Of a DNA stretch of 64,000 nucleotides, positions 23,204 to 36,000 are shown piece after piece (within the stretch, counting starts at the first letter, position 1; every line of letters starts with the position of its first letter). A program made the position numbers and the translations under genes. The DNA comes from Mustelus asterias (Eukaryota). The notes beneath the pieces are model-generated. The model ran no database searches. It saw only the letters and a program-made list of their open reading frames with translations, and had not been told where the DNA came from. The stretch lies in NCBI RefSeq assembly GCF_964213995.1, contig NC_135819.1, positions 50,096,001 through 50,160,000 of the forward strand, read 5' to 3'.

Positions 23204-24896
23204 CCAGTGCCACATTGTGTGACATCAGCAAAGACGAGATGGAAAATTGCCGTGAGACTTTATTGCGTCATTGCAGGTGCTCTGACATCTCACCTCTTTA
23301 ACATAATGGATGAATACGTTGGATTATTTTAATTTAAATTAGTGGGGTTATTAATTCCCAGTCATGCTTTATTACCATTTTTGAACATTGACAATACATG
23401 GGCTTTCCTTCAGTGCAGAGTTTTTCACATCTTACAATGCTCTATGAATGTTTACAGCAGCCACTGTTTTGCCATTCTAAGTATTAATAGTAGCAATTCT
23501 CCGGAGGACTATACCATTCTGCGACGTGAAAGGAGATATTGAATATCATGCTGAATTCATGTTTCTTCAAAAGGTCCTGCTTAAATAAGTAGTCATTTGG
23601 GGAAAAAAAAAAGAGTAGGGCTAAACTCAAGTTTTATTTATTTCATGGCACTGGTTATAAAGAAATTGACACCTTCACTACTTTACATGCTGGTCTGATA
23701 CCTTGGTTTGAGCAGAGCAATCTGATTTCTATTTTGTTCCCCATTGCTCAAGAAAGCTATTTTGGGGGCTTCATGTTGCTATAGTTTTGACACTGCGACT
23801 TGATTTTCCCCTCCCTCTTCCTCTCATTCTTTCTGCACCTCTCATCATTTCAATGGACCAACACGGTTGAAGGAATTCCTTTGAAGCTATAGTTTGTGCA
23901 GCACCCCTGTGTTGACGAACAGTAATCTGAAATCAGGCACTTGCTGTTGTTCACTAGAACAGAACCACGAGCAACGCAATCAGAAGAACTCATTATGAAT
24001 TCTTATCTCCCTTTCCATCTGCGCTGCAGCTGTATTATTAATTTAGATGAATCGGGTTTGTTGACAGCGAGGTTATGGTCTTGGGGAAACTCCGGAAAAT
24101 AATCAGCTGCTAAAATTCAAATGTTCCTGACTGGAGGTGGGCTGTTGGCTGCCTTATTCAGGGGGGCTACTAAAATAATTGAAGTCTATTAATCCTGCCT
24201 TTGCATTTTTACATCGCTCTTCATTCTTTCATGTAAAGTATTAGGCATCACGTTTAGAAACTCTAGGGCTTGATGGGGCCACTAATGATAGTTGTTGGGG
24301 TTTTAAACAACTGTACGTACTTCTTTGTTCAAGCAGCGGGCAACTTTATAATGACATGGAATGTGACGTGCTGTGACATTCTTCAGCATTATCCGCTATT
24401 ATTTTGTGGAATTGACAGTTGGAGATGGTAAAACCTGATTCCTGAAGGAACCTTGTGTACTATCTGCCGACTTTTGGTGGAAATCTTCACTTAAATTAGC
24501 CAGTGTCAGTGTGACACTGCTTCGGCATGTCCGCACTCTCAATACTGCAATAAAAAGCTCTGAAGATCATATTGGACAGGATGAAATTACGGTGAAGAAA
24601 TACTGAGCAATCATCTCAGTTGAGTCTCCTTTGCTGGTGTTATTTTATTACTGGGATGTGAAGGAAAGATAAAAGCCTTTAGTTTTGTAATTTAGCATCT
24701 GGCCCCACCAGGAAATGTTGACTTCATTTTTGCATTTGGATATGCTCAGAAACAATAAGTAATCATTCAGCATCATTTGCCATCAAAAGGTCTAATTTGG
24801 AACGTCAGCGGTGCCTTTGCTATCTTTGACACAAAATGTGATCAAAAGCACATAAAGCTATCAAAAGCGATTATTAGACCTCCCCTACCCCCACCG

Positions 24897-25032
24897 CACA
24901 CTCACACACACTCACACACACACTCACACACACTCACACACACATTTACACTCACACACGCACTCACACATGCATTCACACTCTCTCTCTCTCTCTCTCT
25001 CACACACACATTCACACTCACTAACACACATT
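24897..25032. repeat. Compound (CA)n/(CT)n microsatellite
   Basis: cacactcacacaca... and ctctctct runs, abutting the gap. Confidence 0.95.
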
Positions 25033-25321
25033 NNNNNNNNNNNNNNNNNNNNNNNNNNNNNNNNNNNNNNNNNNNNNNNNNNNNNNNNNNNNNNNNNNNN
25101 NNNNNNNNNNNNNNNNNNNNNNNNNNNNNNNNNNNNNNNNNNNNNNNNNNNNNNNNNNNNNNNNNNNNNNNNNNNNNNNNNNNNNNNNNNNNNNNNNNNN
25201 NNNNNNNNNNNNNNNNNNNNNNNNNNNNNNNNNNNNNNNNNNNNNNNNNNNNNNNNNNNNNNNNNNNNNNNNNNNNNNNNNNNNNNNNNNNNNNNNNNNN
25301 NNNNNNNNNNNNNNNNNNNNN
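25033..25321. other. Assembly gap (N run)
   Basis: Run of N. Confidence 1.
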
Positions 25322-25699
25322 ATGCCCCCCTCTCCCATCCATTTAGCCCTCACTACTCACCCCCTCCTCCTCCTCCACTTTCCCCCTGGATTTCATCACG
25401 TGCTCTGGATGTGGGAGAGAGATCCCACACCTCCTGCACCTCCGGCTTGGACATACCACCAGCTGCCGGACCCTGGCTGGACCTAACCCCATGAGCCCTC
25501 ACTGCCAACTTGGGTCTAGCACCAGCTGCCTGACCCGTGCCCCTGGCTTCACCTCCCGATGCTCGCACATGCCCCCATTGCTGAAACTGGGCTGGACTTT
25601 CAATCCCACCCCCTGTTGACTCAGGCTTGTGTGGACCCCAGCCCCACTCCAATCCTACATCCCTACCTGCTTTGTCCTCCTGTCCTGGTGGCACCTGAA

Positions 25700-26330
25700 C
25701 ACCAGTGTCTGTGGAATCCGTACCCCAGTGAGAGTCAGTGTGTATGGGACTAATACCTAAGTGATGGTCAGTGCACGTTAGACCTGTACTCCAGTGAAAG
25801 ACAATGCATGTGGAACATACAATTCTATGAATGCCAGTATGCGTGGATTGCAAACCCCAATGGGTCAGTGGCTGTAGAAACTGAACTTCAACGAAAGTCA
25901 GCGCATGTATAACCCAGTTAGAGTCAATGTGTGTGCAGCCCATATCACATTGAGATCAGCTTGTGTGTAGAATCTCTACCCTTGTGAGAGTTAATTCTCA
26001 TGGAATCCATATATCAGTGAGCATTAGTGTGTTTGGGATCCATACCTCAGTGAGAGCCAGTGCCTGTAGTACACCAGTGAGAGTCATTATCTGTGGAATC
26101 CATATCCCAATGAGAATCAGTATGTGGGTTCCATATCCCAGTGAGAGTCAGTGTATGAGGGACCTGTAACCCAGTGAATGTGTATGTGTATCAAATCCAT
26201 ACTCCAGCAAGAGCCAGTGCATGTGGAACCCATACCCCAGTGAGAATCAGTGTCTATGGAACCCATACCCCAGTGAGAGTCAATATGTGTGGGACTCATA
26301 TCCCAGTTCAAATCAGTATATATGGGACCT
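25700..26330. repeat. Degenerate ~30-bp minisatellite
   Basis: About 20 diverged units resembling tggaacccataccccagtgagagtcagtgt(g/a). Confidence 0.85.
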
Positions 26331-26731
26331 ATTTTATTCTCTCTCTCTCACACACACATGCACATACATTTTCACAGGCAGACAACAGGAGGGTGGAGAG
26401 AAAGAGGGGAGAAATACAAATTCAGATTAAAAGCTACAGTCCCCGCAGGACACATTGTACAGGCAGGAAGCAACAGTTTGTTGAGTAGCCATGGGGTCAG
26501 GGGAAACATTTCCTGCAGATGCTGCACAGACTTGTGGGAACTTGAGTTCTCTGCCTGAAAACCTGTTGCTGAATTTTCCAGAACTTTCTGGGGGGCTGTT
26601 TTGAACGCTGAACAAAACTGCTTATGACAAAAAAAGCTAAAAACACGGAACACGTACTTGTGACTCCAAGTGTGTAACTATTTCACTTCCAATTTGGAAT
26701 GGAATGAGGTACTATAAGCTGCATTTAAAAA

Positions 26732-26947
26732 AAGTTAAAAGTTTATTTATTAGTGTCACAAGTAGGCTTACATTAACACTGCAGTGACTGTGAAATTCCC
26801 CTAGTCGCCACACTCCGACGCCTGTTCAGGTCAATGCACCTAACCAGCGTGTTTTTTAGACTGTGGGAGGAAACCGGAGCACCCGGAGGAAACCCACGCA
26901 GAAACCCCCGGGTCCCTGGCGCTGTGAGGCAGCAGTGCTAACCACTA
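26732..26947 (-). mobile_element. V-type SINE, tail B, internally deleted
   Basis: Tail B sequence plus partial core and head. Confidence 0.8.
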
Positions 26948-27534
26948 ATTTCCTTGTATGGTCAATCATACACAGGAATTGGAAGGATGACTTCACACAA
27001 CAAGCCATAGATTTATTTCAAGTCAGTAGAGGTATTAATAGGTTCGATATCAATGACTTCATGATAGTTTGAAAAAAAAAAGCGTTGATTATGCACAATA
27101 TCCCTCCATTAATTATGCCTATCAAGAATATGCTGACGTGTATGTTAGACGCAGTGGAACCAGTAGGATCCTGAAAAGGAGGGATATGAAATGGCCTCTT
27201 AGTGGGTGTGGGGTGGTCTAATCGACATGGGGAGATGAAACAAAACTTTAATTGTAGGAAAGGAGTTTCTTAAAATCACAGATGCAGGGGAAAGGATGTG
27301 TTTGCACCCCCACTAGTGATTTGTGCATGTAGAACCTGTAACCCTCTGTAAAACCATCTACACAATGCACATATAAAATACTGCATCAGCTGGGACTTAG
27401 AACAATCCACAGCATGATATTGTTGATTTCACCTAAAATCTGAAACATAGTCAAATTCTGTTGTGATAGCTAGAACTTAGAACTTCTGATTGCTTTTGAT
27501 GTCAGCTGAATGTTTCTGAGTACTTTGAAGACAC

Positions 27535-27790
27535 TTAAATGATGCTAAATAATCGCAAATAATGTTGTTGGAGCACATTGATGTCCATTGATGACTAATG
27601 ATGTCACTTGACACTGTTTGTGATGTCAATTGAGAGCTAAATAATTGCTTTTGAGCACAAATGGTGTCAAATCATGGTTAAATGCTGCCTTTTGGGTGTA
27701 AATTATGTCAAACAATGGCTAAATGATCTGACCAAATGATCACAAATGAGTACAAAGGAATGCTGTTGAACGTAAATGATGTCAAAACAT
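27535..27790. repeat. Degenerate tandem repeat (~10-bp subunit, ~40-bp higher-order period)
   Basis: Recurrent aaatgatg(t/g)c and (g)ctaaatgatg units. Confidence 0.6.
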
Positions 27791-28194
27791 TCTAGTGAGG
27801 CCGGGAGTTATAGTTCCTGCAGTATCTTCTACAAAGGGTTAAGGGTCAGAGCAATTAAACTCCTCATAGACCTGTGTCAGACAAGCAGAATGCCCTATAA
27901 TGGTTGCTTTTGGTCTATTTTATGGTGACACATGAGTCACCGAGCTGCAACCAATATAAAGGAACATGTTCTGTAATATATGGAGATGAAGCCTAAAAAC
28001 AAAAGTTGGTAGATTCTAATTGTAAACATGCTTTTCTGTGTTTCCACTGTTTTGTCAAATTATCCAATTGCTGGATAAAATACTGGATGAGCAGAAATTT
28101 CCTCCAATTAGATATTGGGAAGACTGATGCCACTGTTTTCAGTCCCTGCTGTGCACTCTGATCCTTAGCTGCTGACTCCATCCTTCTTCCCGGC

Positions 28195-28935
28195 AACTGT
28201 CAGAGGTTAAACCAGACCATATGCAACTTTGGTGTTATATTTGACTTCCAAGGTGAGCTTTGTCCCACATATTTGCGTCATCACTAAGGCCGTTGATTTC
28301 CACCTCCTTAACATCTCCCAAATTTGCCTCTATCTCTTCTCTTCTGCCGCTGAAACCATCTTTCATGCTTTTGTTACCTCTGAACTCAGCTATTCAGTGC
28401 ACTCCTGGCTGGCCCACTATATTCCACCCTCTGTAAACTTGAGAACATCCTAAACTCTGCTGCCCCTGTTTAAACTTGCACTACATCCCACTCACTGTAA
28501 TCTCTGTGCTTGCTGACCTCCACTGACTCCTTATCAAGCAAACTCTCGATTTTAAGCTCATTATCCTTGTTTTCAAATTCCTCTGTGACCTTGCCACTTA
28601 CTATGTGTATAATTTCCTCCAGCCCCACAACCCTCCAAGAGATCTGCGCTCATCTAACTCTGGCCTCTTTAGCATTCCTGATTTTAATCGCTCCATAATT
28701 GTTGTCCATGCCTTCAAATTCCTCAGAACCAAGCTTTGATATTCCTCCCCCAACACAACTCCATGTCTCTACCTTACTTTCCTCCGATAACACAGTCTTT
28801 CACTCGTACATGCTTGACCCAGTTTGGGGTTATCTGACTTAATTTGTTCTTATTTGGCTTGGTATAGTACTGTGTTTTATAATGCTGCTTGGGCTATTTT
28901 TATTTTATTAAAGGCGCAATATAAATATTGCTTGT
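28195..28935 (+). mobile_element. L2-clade LINE 3' fragment
   Basis: AETIFHAFVTSELSYS (L2 RT-end motif) and 3' end aaaggcgcaatataaat; similar pieces at 45770-46085 and 57270-57650. Confidence 0.75.
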
Positions 28936-29056
28936 TATTGTTCGAGTGGATTTTATATCAAATTGTAAAGTTAATGTGCATCAGGACCTGAATTTCTTGC
29001 CTGTTGGGCACCCACACTCGGCAGGCCTGGTGGCGAGTACAAAATGCGTTCCCGGG

Positions 29057-30410
29057 CATGGTCAAGCCATGGTTTACCAGGCTGATTCCTGGAATGGCAA
29101 GTTTTGATTTGATTTCTTATTGTCACATGGATTAGTACACAATGAAAAGTATTGTTTCTTGTGCGCTATACAGACAAAGCATACCGTTCATAGAGAAGGA
29201 GAGAGTGCAGAATGTAGTGTTACAGTCATAGCTAGGGTGTAGAGAACGATCAACTTAATGCAAGGTAGGTCCATTCAAAAGTCTGACAGCAGGAGGGAAG
29301 AAGCTGTTCTTGAGTCAGTTGGTACGTGACCTCAGACTTTTGTATCTTTTTCCCGACAAAAGAAGGTGGAAGAGAGAATGTCCGGGGTGCGTGGGGTCCT
29401 TAATTATGCTGACTGCTTTGCTGAGGCAGCGGGAAGTGTAGACAGGGTCAATTGATGGGAGGCTGGTTTGCGTGATGGATTGGGCTACATTCACAACCTT
29501 TTGTAGTTCCTTGCGGTCTTGGGCAGAGTAAGAGCCATACCAAGCTGTGCTACAACCAGAAAGAATGCTTTCTATGGTGCATCTGTAAAGGTTGTTGAGA
29601 GTCGTAGCTGACATGCCAAAGTTCCTTAATCTTCTGAGAAAGTAGAGGCGTTGGTGGGCTTTCTTAACGGCTTGCTTAACTATAGTGTTGGCATGGGGGG
29701 ACCAGGACACGTTGTTGGTGATCTGGTCACCTAAAACTTGAAGCTCTCGACCCTTTCTACTTCGTCCCCATTGATGTAGAAAGGGACATGTTCTCCTTTA
29801 CGCTTCCTGAAGTCGATGACAATCTCCATCGTTTTGTTGAAATTGAGAGAGAGATTATTGTTGCCACACCAATTCACCAGATTCTCTATCTCATTCCTGT
29901 ACTCTGTCTCGTCATTGTTTGAGATCCAACCCACTATGGTGGTGTCGTCAGCAAACTTGAAAATCTGTGATATGAGGAGAGACTAACTTGGTTAGGATTA
30001 TATTCGCTGAAGTTTAGAAGAGTGAGAGGGGATCGCATAAGAACTTATAAAATTCTGACAGGGTAGATTCAGAAAGAATGTTCCTGATGGCGCGCAAGTA
30101 AAGAACTAGGAGTCATATTTTGGGGATAAGGAGCAAATGTTTTAGGACTGAGGTGGGGAGAAATTTTTTGACCCAGAGGGTAGTGAATGCGTAGAATTAC
30201 CTACCAGAGAATGTAGTTATTGCTAAAATGTTGCGTGATTTCAAGAAGGAATTAGATATAGCTCTTCGGGCTAAAGGGATCAAGGGATTATGGGGGGAAG
30301 GTGGGATCAGGATATTGAATTTGATGATCAGGCATGATCAAAATGAATGGCGGAGCAGACTCGAAGGGCCGAATGGCCTACACCTGCTTCTATTTTCTAT
30401 GTTTCTATGA
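29057..30410 (+). mobile_element. CR1 LINE 3' fragment (split by Rex1/Babar)
   Basis: ggtttaccaggctgattcctggaatggcaagt|ctgtgatatgaggaga rejoins across the insert; ends ttctatgtttctatga. Confidence 0.85.
29102..29964 (-). mobile_element. Rex1/Babar LINE, 5'-truncated
   Basis: KFADD at the 5' break, ORFs 29731-29934 and 29315-29710, tail tttgatttgatt. Confidence 0.9.
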
Positions 30411-30550
30411 CTCCAGAGCCCAATTTCACGTTGCCTGGCCCATTAATGGCTATCCAGCATGAAACACACTCTGTGAAAGGCTGAATGTTGCTGGCGAGGG
30501 CAGGAAGAGGGAGGGTGCAGGTTGGCCTTTCCAATGTGTTCCCTCAGAGG

Positions 30551-30682
30551 AAGAAGTCTCACAACACCAGGTTAAAGTCCAACAGGTTTATTTGGTAATA
30601 AACCTGTTGGACTTTAACCTGGTGTTGTGAGACTTCTTACTGTGTTCACCCCAGTCCAACGCCGGCATCTCCACATCATGAC
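30551..30682 (+). mobile_element. Penelope-derived palindromic insertion (family A) with 12-bp TSD
   Basis: About 42-bp inverted arms around tggt; TSD ttccctcagagg at 30539-30550 and 30683-30694. Confidence 0.85.
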
Positions 30683-32205
30683 TTCCCTCAGAGGGACAGC
30701 CACTGCAGAGCTGTCTCAGGGAGCTGAAGAATAAACATTGATGTTAAACCTCAGGCACGAGTCTCTGGGCAGCACAGATCTCAGTCCCCAGGCACATTTG
30801 TTAATTTTATTTGAACCCTGACCTTTCATCCCACCCTGGATCGAGGTTGCAGCTTAAAATAAAGGCCACCTTGCCAATTGGTCTGTCTGCCTGCCAACCA
30901 TAAAAACAGACGGGCAATGTAAAGTCTCGGTCAATTGCTGTTCACTGAATCTAAATTGGCTTCTTGATTGTCAGCGGGCACGCTTCCAATCAAGCCTGCC
31001 GACCGAACCATCACATGAGGGCACAATGATGCCAGGACATGAGCTCCATATCATCCTGTGTGAATTTACGCATTTCTGGGTTGGGTGCGCACCCAAAATG
31101 TAACACGTAAATTCAGGCCCAGGAATTCTCAGCCCGTTTGCTTTTGAAGCTTCTGTCACGTGTAATAAAAGATTCACAGACTCCCTTCTGCGTAAACATT
31201 AGTTATATAATTAAACATATTACTTTGTTTTTATTCTTGTGTTAGATGTTTAATGTGACGAGAAGGCTAATTATATAAGTATCCAGTGTAGTATTAAGGG
31301 AGTGCTGAGAGAGTTTGGAAACTAAGGTTAGGAAGTGAATAGCAAGTTTGTGTGACCGACCAGCAGGAGGGAGAAGTCTTTTTAAAGTCTTCCTTAATAT
31401 GCATTGTAAAGCTTCCACCCATTCACTCTGATTCTCTGCCCAAAGTTGTTGCCAGAACTGCTGAGTGTTTCCCAGCACTTCCTGTTTTTATTTCAGGTTC
31501 CCAGCAGCTGCAGTATTTTGCTTTTATTTTGCTGTTGTTTACGGTCTGATTAATTTGAGATGGGGGAAATTTGGGAAACAAAAATTGAGAGAATAATTCA
31601 TCAGTATTGGACATTCAACAGGCTATTTCTCTCAGTGTGAAATGTGACATTTATTTTCTTGAATTAACCAAACTACCCCTCCTATAAACAGTTATTAAGG
31701 CTACTTCTTACAGACATTTAAAGCCCGAACATAAATTTACCCCACCCCCCCTTAATTGGGAACTGGAATTTCGATGTAATTTAATTTTCCATGACAATCC
31801 CAATTTAGAGATAAGCTAAGACAATGTATATGACCTGAACCAGGCATTAAACCCCAATATTACTGGCAGCTAGCAGAGTAAGTGGGTATCAAAATGAAAG
31901 GTCTCCTTTAGTGACTGTTGCTACCGCTTGTTATATATTATTCAGTGTTTACTGCTCTTTACCAAACGATCTGAGGAAATCTGCTATTGTTTGCACGCTG
32001 CTGGTCCAAACCAGCCCCTGCACTGGAATTCCCTGCATTGGCTTGTCTAAGGCACAGCACCATCCCCCAATCCCACCTCACCTATATTTGCTGAACTTTG
32101 CATTCCCCATCCAAAGCATCAAATAAACTGAACAACTGGATTGGCCACATCTAACCCCAGAAGTATGAAGTGGGCAAAAATTATCGTTCGGGGTGCAGGG
32201 GAGGG

Positions 32206-32574
32206 TTTTTTTATTCATTCATGGGATGTAGACGTCGCTGGCTGGGAAAGCATCTGTTGCCCATCCCTCATTTCCCTCGAGTTTCTGAAGCATTTAACAG
32301 TCAACCACATTACTGTGGATCTGGAGTCACAGGCAGGCCAGACCGGGCAAGGACAGCAGATTTGCCTCCCTAAAGGGATGTTCGTGAACCGGATGGGTTT
32401 TTACAATAATCGACAATGGTTTAATGGTCACCATCAGACTGTTAATTCCAGATTGTTATTGAATTCAAATGTCACTGTCTGCTGTGATGGAATTTGAACC
32501 GGGATCCCTAGATCATTACTCTGGGTCTCTGGATTACTAGTCCAGTGACAATACCATTATGCCACTGCCTCCCC
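32206..32574 (-). mobile_element. tRNA-headed SINE (family 2)
   Basis: Reverse complement of the 43886-44248 element. Confidence 0.8.
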
Positions 32575-32899
32575 TGGTGGATTGTGACAATGGATGAAAT
32601 TAGAGTTTCTATTGGTTGCATTAGTTTTAGTGGATCCCACAATGAGCTCTCTTGGACCGAGATACTGGGTTGAGGACACCTGATGTGCCTAACTCAAAAC
32701 TGGGATAACAAAAAAATAAAGAGTTCTGTTCTTTTAAATGAACTTCTCCTTCTCCCCATTCTTGTTTTATTGTTGGAATAAAATGTTGATGCTTCGGGTG
32801 GGAGAAGGATAAAAATGGATTGACAGAAAGATATTCTCACACAAGATAAACTGTATTACATTCATTTGGTGCCATCAGCATTGCTGCCATCGTCAGACA

Positions 32900-33320
32900 C
32901 AAGGTTGTAAGGAAAGACTGGATAGACTGGGACTTTTTTTTCCTGAAGCGTAGTAGGCTTAGGGGTGATCTTACAGAGGTCTGTAAAATAATGAGGGGAT
33001 CAGCTAGATAGTCAATATCTTTTCCCAAAGGTAGGGGAGTCTAAAACTAGAGGGTATAGGTTTAAGGTGAGAGGGCAGAGATGCAAAAGGTGCAGAAGGG
33101 CAATTTTTTTCACACAGAGGGTGATGAGTGTCTGGAACAAGCTGCCAGAGGTAGTAGTAGATGGGTACAATTTTGTCTTTTAAAAAGCCTTTAGACAGTT
33201 ACATGGGTAGGATGGGTATAGAGGGATATGGGCCAAACGTGGGTAATTGGGATTAGCTTAGTGGTTTAAAATGAAGGCGGCATGGACAAGTAGGGCCAAA
33301 AGACCTGATTACATGCTGTA
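32900..33320 (+). mobile_element. CR1 3' fragment
   Basis: Same subfamily as 41513-43617 (ttcccaaaggtaggggagtctaaaactagaggg). Confidence 0.85.
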
Positions 33321-33634
33321 AAAAAAAAAGTAATTCTCTATTTTGCACAATACAAAGAAGTCTTTCAAATTGAAATTTTCAATAATATTTACTGAATTTT
33401 ACCTAATTCAATGTAGCACAGCCACCTCCACCATTGTTCCCAATTATAATTTACCTTTTTGATTTCAGTGTGGCTTTAAAGTGTGGAATCAATCTGGTGT
33501 TTGTTTTTATCTAGTATATCAAGATGTTGCATGCTACTATAATGACAGTCTTAATTTTCCAGCAAAAGTGAGCAGTTTTGGAAAACTAACTATTTTTAAT
33601 AATTAGCACTTCAGTGACAGAGTGATTGAAATGC

Positions 33635-33921
33635 AGGCAGCACAGTGGTTAGCACTGTTTCCTCACAGCACCAGGGACCCGGGTTCGATTGCAGCCTTGG
33701 GTCACTGTCTGTGTAGAGTTTGCACGTTCTCCCCTGTGTCTGTGTGTGTTTCCTCCGGGTGCTCCGGTTTCCTTTCACGGTCCAAATATGTATGGGTTAG
33801 GTTGATTGACCATGCTAAATTGCCTCTTAATGACGGGCGGACTAGCAGGTCCTGGGTGGGATTGTTATCGGTGCAGGCTCGATGGGCCAAGTGGCCTCCT
33901 CCTATACTGTAGGGATTCTAT
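33635..33921 (+). mobile_element. HE1/V-type SINE
   Basis: Head, V-core and CR1-type tail. Confidence 0.85.
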
Positions 33922-33924
33922 TAA

Positions 33925-34495
33925 TCTGTAGAAAACGCTGGTCAGGCCACAGTTAGGATTTTGTATATATTTCTGGTCACCATGTTACAGGAAGGACATA
34001 ATTTCTCTGGAGAGAGTGCAGAGGAGATTTACAAGAATATTGCGAGGGCTTGAAAATTGTAGCTATGGGGAGAGATAGGATAGGCTAGGGTTATTTTCCT
34101 AAAATAGAGAAGGCTATGGGGCGACTTAACTGAGGTGTGTAAAATTATGAGGAGTCTGAACAGGATAGACAAGGAAAAACTTGTTTCCCCTAACTGAAGG
34201 TCAAATATCAGGGGACATAGAATTAAGGTAATTGGTAGAATGATTAAAGGGGGCATGAGGAAAGAACTTTTCATCTAGAGTGAGTTTCTTTAATTCACTG
34301 CCTAAGTTACTGGTAGAGGCTGAAACGCTCAACTCATTTAGAAGGTACCTGGATCTGCATCTGAAGTGCTGTAACCTGCAAGGCTACAGATAAGGTTCTC
34401 GCAAGTGGAATTAAGATGAGTGGCTAGTTTTGGTGCACAGACAATGGGCTGAATAGCCTCTTTCTGCACTGTAACCTTTCTATGGTTCCATAGTT
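33925..34495 (+). mobile_element. CR1 3' fragment
   Basis: LERVQRRFTR-type coding decay, ends ttctatggttccatag. Confidence 0.8.
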
Positions 34496-35319
34496 CTAAA
34501 TTATTAAATATTTCAGTTCATTTGATAAGTATGAATATTGAATAAATGAATCCATAAACACAGATGTTGGGTACTTAGTGGATTTAAATATTATGCAAAT
34601 CTCTTGACTGTTCAGAGAATGCACCACATCCACTTCCTCTTGCTTGAAGATATCACTTGAAAAAAAATAATTACAGCCAGTGTATTTATCCAGGATCAAA
34701 TTGTCCTTTTGACTGGTTGTTCGCCACATCAAATGAATTGCATTTTATTTATGCATAAACCACCACTAACAAATTATTTAAATGATATATGCCACATTTT
34801 GTGTGGTAGTTAAGGTTAAACTGTTAAACATTGAGTAGGTTTTCCACGTACACGTGCAACATTTAGCAAAATCGCTATTTGGAGAAACATGAGGCACTGA
34901 ATGTTGCAGGCCAGATGTCGGAGAAGTGCAGTCATCCTTGTCATCAAGGCTCAGTTTATAACTGACAGTTAAGCTAAGCAGGTGAGAAACTTTGATTCTA
35001 TTGCTGACTCTCTCTCTGGGGAGGAGGTAGAAAAGAAGGTCTAGTGAATCAGGAGCAATCGAGAGGCTAGGACAGTCGTTCTCAAAATGTGGTCCTCCGG
35101 ATAGTCTGCAGGCTGATCCAAAACACCAGTCACTGATGCTAAACACCACGGCCAAGGCCAAACAAGAGAACCAGGCCAGAACCCTTACCACTCGCACGAT
35201 GTCACACAACATGTTGTCATAACCAAGGGCAGCAACAAAGTCATTTCCACAGCAAAGTTTATTTTATTGTTTCAGTGTACGACCGAGAGGTCAAATTGTC
35301 AACATTTGTCAACAGGCTG

Positions 35320-36000
35320 AAAACCAAGAACAATACAGCACAGGAACAGGCCCTAAATAATTCCAAAAAGGATTCCAAATCCTTATTTAGACGCACTGCT
35401 TATTGTCCATATGCGGTAACTATGCCTCTTGTTTGCCTCACATTCATGTGTCTATCACGATATGCCTTGAACATGCCTGCTTCCACCACCTCCATTGGCA
35501 ATGTGTTCCCGTCACCCACCACCCTGTGTGCGAAAAGCTTTCCCCTCACATCACCCCTAACTTTCCCCCTCTCACCTTGAACCTGTGATCTCTGTCGTTG
35601 ACCTTTCTACACTGGGAGAAAGCCCCTGACTATCCACCCTATCAATGTCTCTCATAATTTTGTAGACCTCTATCGGGTCGCCCCGCAGCCTCTGTCTTTC
35701 CAGTGAAAATAATCCGAGTTATCCAACCTCTCCTCATACCTAGAGACCTCTAGACCAGGCATCATCCTGGTAATCCTTCTCTGCACTCTCTCCAAAGCAT
35801 CCACGTCCTTCTGGTAGTGTGGCGACCAGAACTGCACGCAATATTCCAAGTATGGCCTAACCAAAGTTCCATTCAGCTGCAACATAACTTGCCAACTTTT
35901 CTACTCAATGCCACAGCCGATAAAGGCAAGCATGCTGTATGCCTTCTTGACCACTTTATTCACTTGAGTTGCCACTTTCAGGGATCTGTGGACCTGTACG
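35320..36000 (-). mobile_element. CR1 3' fragment
   Basis: LVRPYLEYCVQFWSPHYQKDVDALERVQRRITRM. Confidence 0.85.

Larger units (their letters stand above)
28984..31120. mobile_element. Non-autonomous DNA transposon with nested CR1, Rex1/Babar and Penelope insertions
   Basis: TIRs ggacctgaattt (28984-28995) and aaattcaggccc (31109-31120), 11/12 match. Confidence 0.6.

Noticed and set aside
24777-25494. Long ORFs spanning Ns
   Set aside because: Artefacts of the microsatellite and assembly gap
25353-26330. 196-aa ORF / possible CRISPR-like array
   Set aside because: Contiguous degenerate tandem repeat with no spacers, in eukaryotic context and without cas genes
34778-35212. 144-aa minus-strand ORF and a plus-strand AG...GTGAGA exon candidate
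   Set aside because: No recognisable domain; the candidate exon has stops in all three frames
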